From Protoeuglena noctilucae (Eukaryota): a DNA stretch of 64,000 nt. The DNA lies in assembly GCA_958009085.1 (NCBI GenBank), contig OY253677.1, positions 496,001-560,000 on the forward strand. The letters are read 5' to 3'. A program made the position numbers and the translations under genes. Shown here piece by piece: positions 50,471 through 62,404 of the stretch. The number at the start of each line of letters is the position of its first letter. The stretch's first letter is position 1. The notes below the pieces were generated by a model, which was not told where the DNA came from, did no database searches, and was given only the letters and a program-made list of their open reading frames with translations.

Positions 50471-52703
50471 ATGGCGTGGCGCAAGGCCGCGAACGGCTAT
50501 GCCAAGGTCGATGACGATGTCAGGCGAGCCTGGCGTCGCACGGCACGGTTGCCCGGCACCGCGACGCATTGCAGGAGCTGATGGTGGATACGTCTGCATC
50601 TGCGGCTGAATCCATCCCGAGCCACCTTCAGAGATCGCCGCCCGCAGCCGCAAGCATCGGGCGCGGGGCCGGGTCCGGCCGCGGTGGCTGCTCACCTGCG
50701 GCGCCCTCGCAGCGGCCGTCGTCGTCATCCTTGCGGTCGTGTGGTGGCTCCTGGGGCGCGTCACAAGGTGCTGCGATTGCGCGAAATCACGATTCACCTG
50801 CATGGATCCCGCATTTCCCGCTCCCTTACCAGGATCGCGAGCGGGGACCCCCATCGCCGGCCTGCAGGTCCCGCTTCAAGGCATGGCTCTTCCAGGGCTA
50901 CCACGTGCATCACATGAGCTTTTCGAGTGAGCCAACTATGGTTTACACGCTGGACGGGAGGCGCTACAATCCGCCCGCGCCCGAGGGGGAGCCCGTGAGT
51001 GCGCGTGGGGCGCAGCGCAGACACAATCCGCGCGATTGGGAGGGCCTTCCGCGATGACAAACCACCATCGATTCGTATCTCTGCAGAGTATCGCAGCGTG
51101 GAAGATGGCGACGGCGCACGTCTGGGCGGCGCTGAACCTGAACGTGGCGCGGGCGTTCTATGCATCAACCGGGCGCAAGGTGCCAGACGGGGCCACGTTC
51201 CGCGGCAATCCTGCGCTGCGGCCCGTCGGCAGTTCCTCGAGCGGGCGCGGAGCCACCGCGTGGCTGGCCGCGCCCCTGGGTCGGCGGGCGGCCGACGGCG
51301 ACGACTACGTGCGACGCGGGGAGCGTTACACGGCAGAGCAGCGGGCGACGCTGGCGGCGCAGGTCGGGGAGTTCGTGCGGCTGATGGGGGACGTGTCGGC
51401 GGAGCGCATGTGGGCGTGGCCGCCCGGGGAGGGCCGCGGGGTGGTGGTGGTGGGCGGGGGGCGGGTGCTGGCACAGTCGATGCTGGCCTTCTGGTCCCTG
51501 CGCATGGCGGGGTGCACGCTCCCCGGCGAGCTCTGGACGTTCGCGTTCGAGCGCCCGCCCCCGCGCATCGAGCGTTTCTTGGCGCAGAGCCTTGGCGTGC
51601 GGGTGGTGGTGGTCGAGGACGTGCTGCCCCAGCTGCGCGGCACCGACGGCGGCGGTCCCGCGGTGCTGTCGGACAGGATCTTCCGGGATCTGTCGTTCTT
51701 CACCCTCAAGGTCCTCGCAATCTCGATGAGTTCTTTCCGAGAAGTGCTGATGGTCGACGCCGACAACATCGTGATGCGGGACCCCACCTTCCTCTTCGAC
51801 GATCCGCTCTACCAGCGCTACGGCGCCGTGCTCTGGCCCGACTACTTCGGCCTCATGGTCGACCCGCAGCTGATCGACGTGGCCGACGCCGCGTGGGGCC
51901 ACGCGACGCATGCGAAGTGGACACCGTGGCCCCGGGCGCGTGCTCCCAGCCAGGGCAACCCCAGGATGGATCGGACGGCGGCGGGGGCGGAGGCGTGGGT
52001 GGGGGACATCGACTATGACGCGCTGCTGAAGGAAGCGCAGTTCCCGGCGCCACGGTGGACGCACGAGTCGGGGCAGGTGAGGAGGGGTTGGGGTGAGGAG
52101 TAATGGGATGCCCAGTGCTACGCTTATCATCGCTTGTCCACTTGTCTCTTCTCATCATCTCTTACCATCTCTAATCACCGCTCATCACCCCCTGTCCCAC
52201 TCATGCCTCTCCCGCAGATGCTCATCGACCGCACCCGTCACCTCCCCGGCCTGTGGCTGGCCCTCTTCTTCATGGCCTACCCCAACCGCACCTTCGAGTA
52301 CCTCTTCTCCAACGCCATCGGCATGGGAGACAAGGAGGCCTTCGCCTGGGGCATCACGCTGGCGGGAGGCGACTACCACCTCGCCCCGCACCTCCCGCAC
52401 CACGCGGGGGGTCCCAGGGACGGCAAGGCTTTCGAGAGCATGGGGACGGCGCAGTTCGCGCCCGACGGGATGCTCCTGTTCATGCACGCGAACCGCAGGG
52501 ACTGGCGGTGCGACCGCGTTCCCAAGCGGCTGTCTGTTGCGGACTACCGATACAAGGAGTTGCTGGGTGTGGGTCCCCTGGCCGACTACTTGCGGTCGGA
52601 AGTTTGGCAGGCCACCGGGGGGCCGCACTGGGGCGCGGGGGACTTTGAGGCGACGGTGTGGGTGCTCACGCGGGGCTTCTGCGCCGCCATCGCGTCTGCG
52701 TGA
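50471..52703 (+). CDS. GT71 alpha-mannosyltransferase, paralog B
   Basis: RGVVVVGGG, LKVLAISMSSFREVLMVDADN, YGAVLWPDY, HESGQ|MLIDR, GDKEAF; TM LAAAVVVILAVVWWLL. Colinear with paralog A. Confidence 0.85.
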
Positions 52704-53138
52704 GGCTGTTTCTAGGCGATAGATGGGCGAGCGGGCACATAATAGCCCGTGTAGGGACATGGCAGTAGTGTTAGCTCTTAGTATTAGCTCTCGCGGGACC
52801 CCTGAGTAGCGGACTTTCAAAACGCGAGTCCAACGTGCTGCACACATCACGTGAGAAGCGAGTGAGAGGCCCTGCCGGCCTGAGAATCGGCATTCATCGC
52901 ACCCCCGTCGTGAAGTCGAGACTGCGGACGCGACCGGAGCAGGGGCGGCGACGATGACAACTTGGCTAGACCTCCTGGCCGCCCTCCCGGGGAGGTAGGC
53001 GTTGCGGCGGGTTCCGCGCGTACGCTCTTGATAGAATGTGCGGATGGCGCAGCCGGACGCGGCTGAGCGGCGTCGGGGAGCGAGCTCGGGACACGCTGCC
53101 GCGGCCCCCTCCCTCGCAGGGCCGCCAACGCCGCCCAG

Positions 53139-54896
53139 ATGCTGCTCACACAGCCAGCGGAGTTCGTCACGACGATCGCGGACTCCATCGACACCATCCC
53201 GGCCACGGTTGTCTTCATCGGCCACGCGGCGAACTGCTTCCTGGCCCTGTCTTCCGGTGAGCGCTCGCTGCTCGAGCGAGGGAGCAAACCCGCTTTGTCG
53301 ATGGAGAGATGCGTGAAGAAGGGGTCGGCCGCGGGGTGGGCCCGCCGGCTGCACGGCGAGGACACCGCGACGCCCCGCATTCGGGCGTCGCAGCCTGCCA
53401 AGTGCGGGCTGGTGCGGGCTTGATTTCCAGCATTGTTGCGTTATTCTGGAAGCGTTACTGTTCATGACACCTTATGCGACCGCAAATCCGGTCATGCCGC
53501 GCTCCCGGCCTCCGCCGGGCTGTGCTCGCGTCATTCATTATGGTCACGCAATGCGCCTCTTTTCCCGCAATTTCCACCCCGCTCCCGCCTTCACCGACGC
53601 AGAGGCGGGAGAGAAGGGCGGCAAGCGCGCTTCCTGGCTCAAGACGCTGATCCTGGGGTACCTTTTGGCCCAAGCGGGCGTGGACATCTCAAACTGGGTG
53701 CGCCGCGCGCCGTAGCCGCGCCCTGCGCCGTGCCTTGCGATCCACTTATCGCAAATATTTATCGTCGACGCAGCTCGTCGGCCTCCCCCTGGACACGTGG
53801 ACGGACTGGAAGTTCCCGACCATCATCGCGGTGGTGTGGTACGCGTCCACATGCTCGCCGCTGCTGAAGCTCCTCGGGGACTTCAAGCTCATGGGTATTC
53901 CGGTGTTCGCCATGTTCATGGCCGGCATGACGGAGGTCTACAGCGCCCAGGTGGGTGCGAGGAAGGCCAATGACGGTATCGTCGCTCACTGTGGGTGCAC
54001 CACGATTGCCGGTCGCACGAGCCACATGCCCCAGCGTGTGATCCCCATGGCCGTGCTAGTCGCGCACAGCCTCACGCCACCTCTGAGTCACCGCCTTAGT
54101 TACCACCTCTCAGTCACCGCCTCTGCGTCACCGCCCGCCTCTAAGCAACCGCCTCTGATTCACCGCAGGGCATCCGCGACGTGGTGTTCAAGGGTGCGGG
54201 GATCTACGGTGCCAAGGCCTGGGCGTCGCTGGTGTGCCTGGGGGCGCTGAACACGATCGGGGGGGTGTTCCTGCGGCACTACGGGGACAAGGCCGTCCAG
54301 GACACGGAGGTGAGAGATGAGAGATGAGAGAGGGACTGAATGCGGTGGGGGCGAGGCTGTGTGTTGACAGCACAGGACCGCAGGGCTCACTGCGCCCACC
54401 ACCCCCACCCTCACCGCCCCCTCACTGTCCCCTCACTGCACCCACCACCCCGACCCTCACCGCCCCCTCACTGCACTCACCACCCCCACCCTCACCCCCC
54501 CTCCCCATCCCCCATCCCACACCCCTACTCCCCCCCCCCTCCCAGCTCGACCGCCCCTCGGTCGACTTCTACTTCTACCTCTGCCACACCGTCGCCTTCG
54601 CGGGCCTCACGGTGTGGACGGCCACGCTCCCGGCCCAAGCCGCTTACGGCGTCATCGTGATCTCCATGCTGGCGCGCTCGGTGCTCGCCGAGATCGATTA
54701 CGGCCTCGACTGGACGCCCTACGCCAGCTCTTTGGTTCACGCCATCACCCAGGTGCCCGACGTGTCGGGTCTGCCCCACTTCGTGCCGTCGTTTGTGTCG
54801 GACCTCCTGTCGGTGCCCAAGCGCCTGGCACGGCAGCTGGCGCCCAAGCCGGCCGCTCCCAAGGCCGCCGAGGGCAAGCAGGGGAAGAAGGACTGA
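53139..54896 (+). CDS. Multi-pass membrane protein, TRIC/TMEM38-like cation channel candidate
   Basis: Five exons join in frame. SWLKTLILGYLLAQAGVDISNWLVGLP, IAVVWYASTCSP, MTEVYSAQ, CLGALNTIGG and ELDRPS follow the helix pattern of TMEM38 as recalled. TGTAA lies about 25 nt after the stop. Confidence 0.6.
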
Positions 54897-55557
54897 GGGG
54901 GAGGCTACAAGTGAGGGAGATGTAAACGAGGATGGATGAGGGCACTGTCCCGCATCTCATGGGAGGAGTTGATGAGGGCTGACAACTCGGTGTGAGAGGG
55001 GTTGATGGGGACTGACAAAGACCCCGGTGTGAGGAGGGCTGAGGAGGGTTCAAGAGGACTAGGAGGGACATATAACACAAAAGAGATAGGGGTGGCCTGG
55101 TCGCAGGGTAGGCCCCTGAGAGTTTCCCGCAGCAGGGCTGTGGGTGAAGGCGATGGTTGGAGCTGTGCTGTGCTATGTGACCCCTGTCGTGCGTCTGTTG
55201 ACCTTGATCTTGCGAGATCTGTGTTGCGGTTCAAGTCACTGGCTCCTGAGCTCGGAGCTCGCGAGGCGATCGGGGACGATAAAAGGCTTCCCAAACTGCT
55301 GCCCCGCACGGCCCGCATCGCAGCCCCGCATCGCAACTACAGCGGTGCTGAAAAGGCGGCCCTTGTGAAGGCGGGGTGCCGGTATACACGGCCGTACACA
55401 CACAGAAAAGGGGCGCGCCGTGGGTCCCGAAAACGCCCCCAAGGGGACTGGCTCGCTTTGTGTGAGTGTCATGGAACAAACAAACACCTCGTTGTTGCTG
55501 GGAAAGCACCGCGTGCAGTTGCCGATGGGAAAGCAGGGACTCGGGTGCTCTCGGCCC

Positions 55558-58500
55558 CTATGCGCTGCCGGCGGTGCTGGAGGTGGCGTACTTTTGGATG
55601 AAGCTCTGCGGATGGGAGAGCGAGTGGTGGAGTGGATGATGGAGTTATCGCGACGTCGCATTACCAATTGTCACTTTCTTGACTGCATCAAAAGATGGTG
55701 ACACCATAGCACGGTATGCAACTCATACCAAGATCCAAAGTACTCGTTATCAGTACAAAAATCACTGCCTATATCATCCATCCTCGCCTTCTGGTTCCAG
55801 AAGGGCGCGAGTAGCACGAAGATGGCGGCGCAGGAGGCGATGAGTGCGGAGAAGAACACGCCCCACCCGTACTGGTGGACGGCTAAGGAGAGGGGGACGC
55901 CAGCCGACGCGGCGCCCATGTAGCTGATCAGGCCGATGATGCCCTGGGGTTGGGTGCGGGAGAGAACGGGTGAGATGATGTGCTATGTGCAATTATAGCT
56001 GATTAGGCCGAGGATGCCCTGGGGGGGAGTGGGTGGGGACGGGGAGTGAGACTGGGTGACTGGGGACTGGCTGTGCTGTGCAGCGTGATGGGTGACGAGG
56101 TTGATTGTCACTTGCGATGGGGCGTGTGTGGGAGAGAGCGAGTGAGACTGCCCGTGCACACCCACGTCCTCTTTGCAATTCCCAACTGTGTATTTCTGTC
56201 CCAGTCATCAACAACCCCGCATCCTTGCCTGGGACGCCCCCACCGCCTTCGGCCCAGCCACCTCCGCGGCCGCCAGGCCCGTCAGCATCTGCGGGGAGAT
56301 GGGGCACACGCTTTACATGTGTTGCGTCTAATCGCATTTGCCTTATTCAGCTGAAACAGGAAGCCGATAAAGGAAGTTGTGAGAACGACGAGTGCATGGC
56401 GACAGGGAGCGTAGCGACGGGCAACCAGCACAGGCAAGTGCATAACAACAACAAATAACAGGTATCGCATAGTTATCTCACCTGTGGTCCGTACAGGAAG
56501 AACCCGATCATGAAGACAGACGCCCACTGGGCCCAGGCAGCGCTAGCGGGGATGTTGGCAAACGTGACCAGGGCCTGCATGGGTGGGAGATGGTAAGTGA
56601 TGGTGAGTGAGTGATTGGTGAGTAGTGAGTGATGGTGCATATGAGTGCATGGATGTTGGCGAACGTGACCAGGGCCTGTGTGGGTGGGAGTGAGTGAGGG
56701 TGAGTGATGCATGTCCACACAGGCGGGGGTAGGAGTGATGATGCAGGTCGATACAAGCGAGAGAGGCAGGCAGGTCGATACAGGCAAACGCCCACGTCAC
56801 AGCGTGCACGCTCATCTGAACAACAGCCCTCACCAGTGCGACAGCTATGATTAACAATCATAACTGCGATCCCTGCTGCTCACCAGTGCCATGCCGATGG
56901 AGCACGCCATCATGATCTGCACGCGCTTGCCCACCACGCCCTCGCCCTCCTTCATCGTGGAGATGCGCCTGCAAATGGGAGATAGGAGATAATGCGAAAC
57001 AGTACATAGGGGACATCGCAGTAAAAAACAACTGCCATGTGAATCATTACTGCGACTCGGCAGCTCCACCTCATCGCTACCCCACCCCTCGCCAGTCACT
57101 GAGTCCACTCCCCTCATCGCTACCACCCCTCACCAGTCACTGAGCTTCCCCGCCAGCAGGCTCCCCGCCAGCCCCCCCAGCTCCAGCCCAGAGACGCGCA
57201 CGGCCGCCATCGCAGCGTCCTCCACGCCCTTAGCCTGCAACACACATAGCAGAGTGGACGATAGCGGAGTGGACGACTTTCACGACACTGTCTGGCGCAA
57301 CGCAGGCCTGCCTCCCTCGCATGCGCGCAAGGAGCGTTCGTGACAACGCGACAGCCAATGCCCATGCCAATGCCAATAGCAATACCGATACCGATACCGA
57401 TACCAGCCCCAGTCACCTTGATGAGGTAGAAGCTGCGTCATAGTCACAGTCACAAGTCACAGTCACACTCATGAGTCATAGTCACCTTGATGAGGTAGAA
57501 GACGAGCCAGGAGGTGGCGGCCTGCCTGACCACATAGACGAAGAAGTACTGCAGCGCGAATGCCCAGAGCACCGGGTTGCGGAAGACCGTGTACTTGGCA
57601 GACGCCTTCTCGCCCAGTGCGTCCATGTCCACGGAGGGGCCCTGGGACTGGGAGCCGCCCTTCTTGGTGCCTGCGGGGTAGATGAGGGGGCGTCACATAT
57701 AGTAGTAGTTGAAGCTAGGGGTTAGGGGTTGTGTGACTGGGAGCCGCCCTTCTTGGTGCCTGCGGGGTGATGGAGGGGGTTGAAATGGAAAATAGGTGGA
57801 TAGAGATGCCCCTCATTTGTGATGATCAATACTCCGTCCATTACCACAGCCCCTTCCTCGCGACACCCAATACTCCCTCCACTACCACATCCCCTCACCT
57901 GTGACACCCCCGCTACCCCCCCTCCACCCGCACATCCCCTCACCTGTGACACCCCCGCTACCCCTCCTCACACCATCACAACCTCCCATCCCATCCCATC
58001 CTCACCCGAATCAACAGGCGGGAACCCCATCTGCTCCGGCGTGTCCTTGATAAGCAGCATGACGACGCCACTCATGGCCGTAGCGATCAGAGCGGGCGCG
58101 AACATACCCCAGCGCCAGCCGAGGGCCCTGGCAGCGCCGCCCGCGATGATGGGGGCTAAGAAGGCTCCCAGGTTGTTGGAGGTCGTCCAGATGCCCCACC
58201 AGGTGCCGCGCTCTTTGCTGTCGAACCACTGAAAGGGGAGGGTGGTGTGGGGAGATGTGAGTGAGCGTCACTCTCTTTGCTGTGGAGTTACTGTGGGGGA
58301 CGGTGATGGTGTGGGGAGATGTGGGTGAACGAGCCAATGGCTGCCCCGCTAGCCTAGGGAATACACATACACCCACCTGCACACCCATCAACCACCGCAC
58401 CCATCAGCACATCCACCCTTCCAACCCCCCACCCCTCGCCTTGGTGAGCAGCCGGGCGCACGCGGGCGCTCCGGTCCCCTGGAACAGCCCATTGATGATC

Positions 58501-59672
58501 CACAGCGACACGAACCACGGGAGGCTGTTACCCAGACCGAATACCGCATTGGCCACGGCAGTCGCCAAGAGACCGAACGAGAGCATCTGGTAGGGCTTGA
58601 GGTGGTCGCCCAGGACACCCGCCACGAGCTGCGGGGGTGGGGGAGGTGGGGGAGGTGAGGTTCGAGTCTCACTGAAGCAGGGTGTGACGGGGTACGGGGT
58701 ACGTCAAAGTGGGCTGGGTGAGGTGGGGGCTGTATAGCGCTCGGCGCAGGTACAGGCGGGGCTGGGTCGAGGTGGGGCTGCACGGCTGATTTTTGATGAG
58801 GGAGGGGCGGCGGTGCGAGGTTCGAATCTCAGCAGCGTTGCGTGCGCAGACGTGAGTACGACTCGCCTTGGAGGACGAATAGGCGATGGGGAAGGCGGAC
58901 GTGACGATGCCGACCTTGGTGAGGTTGAAGCCCAGGCTCGGGTCGGCCTCCATGACGGGGGCGACGTAGGGGAGCGAGTTGCGGGTGAGGTAGAAGCACC
59001 CGTAGCCGAGCATGATGCCCGTGAAGACCACCAGGCGCGCGCGCAGGAAGGAGGAGTTCGTCTCCGAATCCGAGGGCTGTGGAGTGGGGCTCGACCCAGG
59101 CGCGGCGGCTCCTGCGGGCCGCGAGGGGGAGGGATCGCGGGCGGGCGGGTCCGGGGGGTCAAAAGGCACCCCCGTGGGCACGTCACGCTCCCAGGCTCCT
59201 CACCCGCCGCTCTGGAGACGCGGGTCCGGCTCTGACTGGCATGTTCGATAGAGTACCAGTTCGCCGGGACTTTGTCCGGGAGCCGCGAGCGCAGCGGCGC
59301 GCGGGGGGCGGCCTTCGAGACTCGCGACGGTTGCCCGACCGTCACCCAGTCGCGGCCGCAAGCGGGCCGGACGGTAGCCCTGCGTGTGTATGAATGCCGA
59401 CATCGCGGGGAGAAGGAGCGGGGACGGGGGGGGTGCTCCAGCGCGCGGGAGGCGGGGAGCGGCTCGGCAAAGTCCAAGCCTCGCGAAACGCCCCGATGGG
59501 CGCATGATGGGCGCGATGCCACAGTCCGTAGTCGAGAAAAGAGAACACGGCTGCGAATCGTGGCGACCAAGGGAAGACGAGGCGGGGGATCAGGCCGAAC
59601 CAGCCGAGTTTGCCGTGTGGAGCTCCCAACGTGCGTCCTCGGGCTATTCGCCCAGCCGCACCTGGCCAGCAT
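55558..59672 (-). CDS. uhpC: MFS organophosphate:Pi antiporter, UhpC-type hexose-phosphate transporter, probably plastid-targeted
   Basis: GYGCFYLTRNSL, NGLFQGTGAPACARLLTK|WFDSKERGTWWGIW, KDTPE, YFFVYVVRQ, LELGGLAGSLLAGKLSD, GFFLYGPQ|ML, GLISYMGAASAG. Last exon SFIQKY..SA* is 55605-55558. Start uncertain. Confidence 0.88.
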
Positions 59673-60389
59673 GTTCTCCGATAATAGAGGAGGTCGGTGA
59701 CCAGTGGCCAGGGGTTGAAGCGGCTGGGAGACCAAGCGCTGCGCTGCGGCGCTTCTCCTTGCCGCCGCCAAGCCTTTCGGCGACTGGTGTCACGATGGGA
59801 CGCGTCGGCGGGGCGATGGCAGACACGGACGTCAAGCCCGTTCCTCTCCAGCCTTTGTCATGGCAGGAGCTGCCCAACTCTGGCGTTGACACATCTCATT
59901 CAAGCGTGCGCTGAGGCTGAGGTATTGGAAGGTAGAACAAAAATCGAAACGGAGTGTCCTAGCGGCGGGCGAGTACTGCAGTCCTATAGGATACGCCGTA
60001 CTACTGGTGGGAATGGGCACTGGAACACCCCTGATGGCACATGCACATCCATGCCATCAACCTCCTTAGCAAAACTACACGTCACGAAGACGGGCGTACG
60101 ATCCCTAATCGACAATGAGGGGGATTAGGTTGGGAGGGATCATGGCATGCGATGCGCTAGCTTTACAGGAACACGGGGGAGGGCCACGGGGGAAGGGAGG
60201 GCCATGGAGGGGACATGCACGAAATGGTCCACGATTTGGATGATACACGCACTGCGTCCGTCGAGCAGTGGAGAGGGGGGAAGGGTTCGCAAGACCGGGG
60301 AACGCAGCACGACCGCATTGGTCGGGGTGGCCCTTGCGGGTGCGCGGGTAATGGGGATAACCTGGAGATACCGTGGCGGCCTGCGCGCG

Positions 60390-62404
60390 TCAGATGTCGT
60401 CAAAGAACGACTCCAGGGAGCAGGTGCCGGTGTCGGAGTCGCGGACGTGGAGGCCCGCGATGTCGTCAAGGCTGCCCCCGAAGAGCGCCTCGTCGCCCAG
60501 CAGCTGGTCCACCAGGTCCGGGTCCAAGTCACCGAGGGCGTCATCCTCCGCGAGCCAGCGGGACTCCTTGGATTGGGGCTCGTCGGGGGAGGACTGCGGG
60601 GCGGGCCTCTTGAAGCGGGTGGGGGACGTCGACCCTGGGGGTGCGTGGGGCTCGGGGGCAGACGGGGGCCCGTCGGGGGGGCACAGCACCGTGGAAGCTG
60701 CGGGGAGAGCGGGGCGTGCTCGTTGACATCGGTATCAACACCACATGCTGACGTCCATGGCAGTACCACGTTGGCCGAGACGCGTGCGCATGGTTCGAGG
60801 GCGTGCTAATCAGTACCAGTACCGGCATCAGCGCCACCTTGGCCGAGACGCGTGCGCATGTGTGTTGGAAGCTTGCCGCGTGCGAGCGTGTGCGGCTCGC
60901 CTTCGCTCGGCACGGAGACCAGGGCCCCTGGGTCGGCGGTGATGCTCGGGGTCTGAGCCCAGAGCGCGGGGGATGCGCAGGGCACCCATATGGGCCCGGG
61001 CACGGCCTGGATGGGGCCCGTGGGGTAGAGCAGCACCGGGTATGGGACCGGCACCACGCCGCAGATCGGCATGGGCATGCCGGGCGGGCACGTCATCGAG
61101 GGCTGCAGGGCCGGCCCGAGCACGGGGCCCTGAGCCGCGGGGGCCAATGGGCCGCTGGTCCCCGTCGCTGCTGGCGAGGGGAGCGGTGCCAGGACGGAGG
61201 TCGTCGCAGCCGGCAGCGCACTCGGACCACTCGGCGAGGAGGTGAAGGAACTCGGTGGCTCCATGTCGAGGAGCACAAGGCCGTGGTTGCCGAGCGTCCG
61301 GATGTCGCGCATCTTGCCGTCGCCTGCGGGCGGCAAGGCACAGGGACGGGTCGTGGCAAGATCACGCGAGCGGTGCGCACGCCGGCGGCCCAGAGCGGAT
61401 GGGGCCCGCGACGCACGTTCGGTGTAAAAGAGCTTCTGCGGGTCGGCCCGGACGATCCCCGAGGCCCCCATGTGCTGGTATCGCGAGCCGAAAACGTAGC
61501 TCTGGTATTTTGGCTCGACTGCCTTTGTTGAGAGGGCGATGACCACGAACTTGGTCCATCCCTGGGCGTCCCTCGGGGCCTCTGCGCGCGCGTGCGAGAT
61601 AGGTCTGCGACCTTCCAGCCCTGCCATAGCCCTGGGCCTTGTTGGAGGAAAGTCAGTCAGTTTGCGCGCGTGCGAAGCACACTACGTGCGGAGCACACAG
61701 GGTCAGGCAGCAGGTATAGCAGCGTGGGCGTCGTCGACCGTGACCTCACCGGCAGTGAATGTGGACGTGATCGGGACCTGGATGCCTTGCCCCCAGCCAG
61801 CAGGGGCCAGTCGGCACCACAGCCGGCCGGGCTCGTCCTCCCGCGCAGGCACGACAGCGATCCGGCCGCCGGAGCTCGTGCGCCCTCCCAGGGAGAAATC
61901 GAAGATGACGACCCTGCGACACCCAGGCACGCGCTCCGGGAGCGGTCACCGCATGCTGGGCGCGTCGACGGTCGTCAGCCCCCGCCCCAGCGAGCTCACC
62001 GGTTCCGGCCCACAATCAGGATCGGGGAGATGATATTTGCGTTCTCGTCCTGGACTTCGTACTCAAAGACCCGCAGGAGGTGTCCCCGCTCGCGGAGCAG
62101 CTGGAGAGGTGGGAGAGGGACGTTGTTACGAACCTTGTGGCGTGCAACGACTCGCCATCGACAACCAGAAAGCAATCTTGTTCGAAATGAACGCGGAGGG
62201 CGGCTCCTTGCAACGAGGGGGCAACAGGGCAGTGCGAAAAGGGGTCGGTTGCGGTCGCCAGCGGACGCCGGCCCCCGCGGCCGCTTTGGACCCTGATACC
62301 TCCACGAGAACAGACTAATTGTCTGAAACACTCACGTTGGCGAGGTAGGTACACATCGCCGGGTCCGTCAGGGAGAACGGGCGCTGGCGAGACCCTGCCG
62401 ACAT
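60390..62404 (-). CDS. Hypothetical protein: globular N-terminus, Pro-rich middle, acidic/hydrophobic C-terminal tail
   Basis: Exons join in frame: MSAGSRQ..YLAN|LLRERGH..GRNR|VVIFDFSL..TFTA|EAPRDAQGWTKFVV..FYTE|.. ending SLESFFDDI*. Confidence 0.6.

Noticed and set aside
55671..55787. UhpC C-terminus ..ARMDDIGSDFCTDNEY..SRK* as in the ORF track
   Set aside because: This is AT-rich intron-like sequence following AAG|GCGAG. Splicing to 55605 gives a more plausible NQKSFIQ end.
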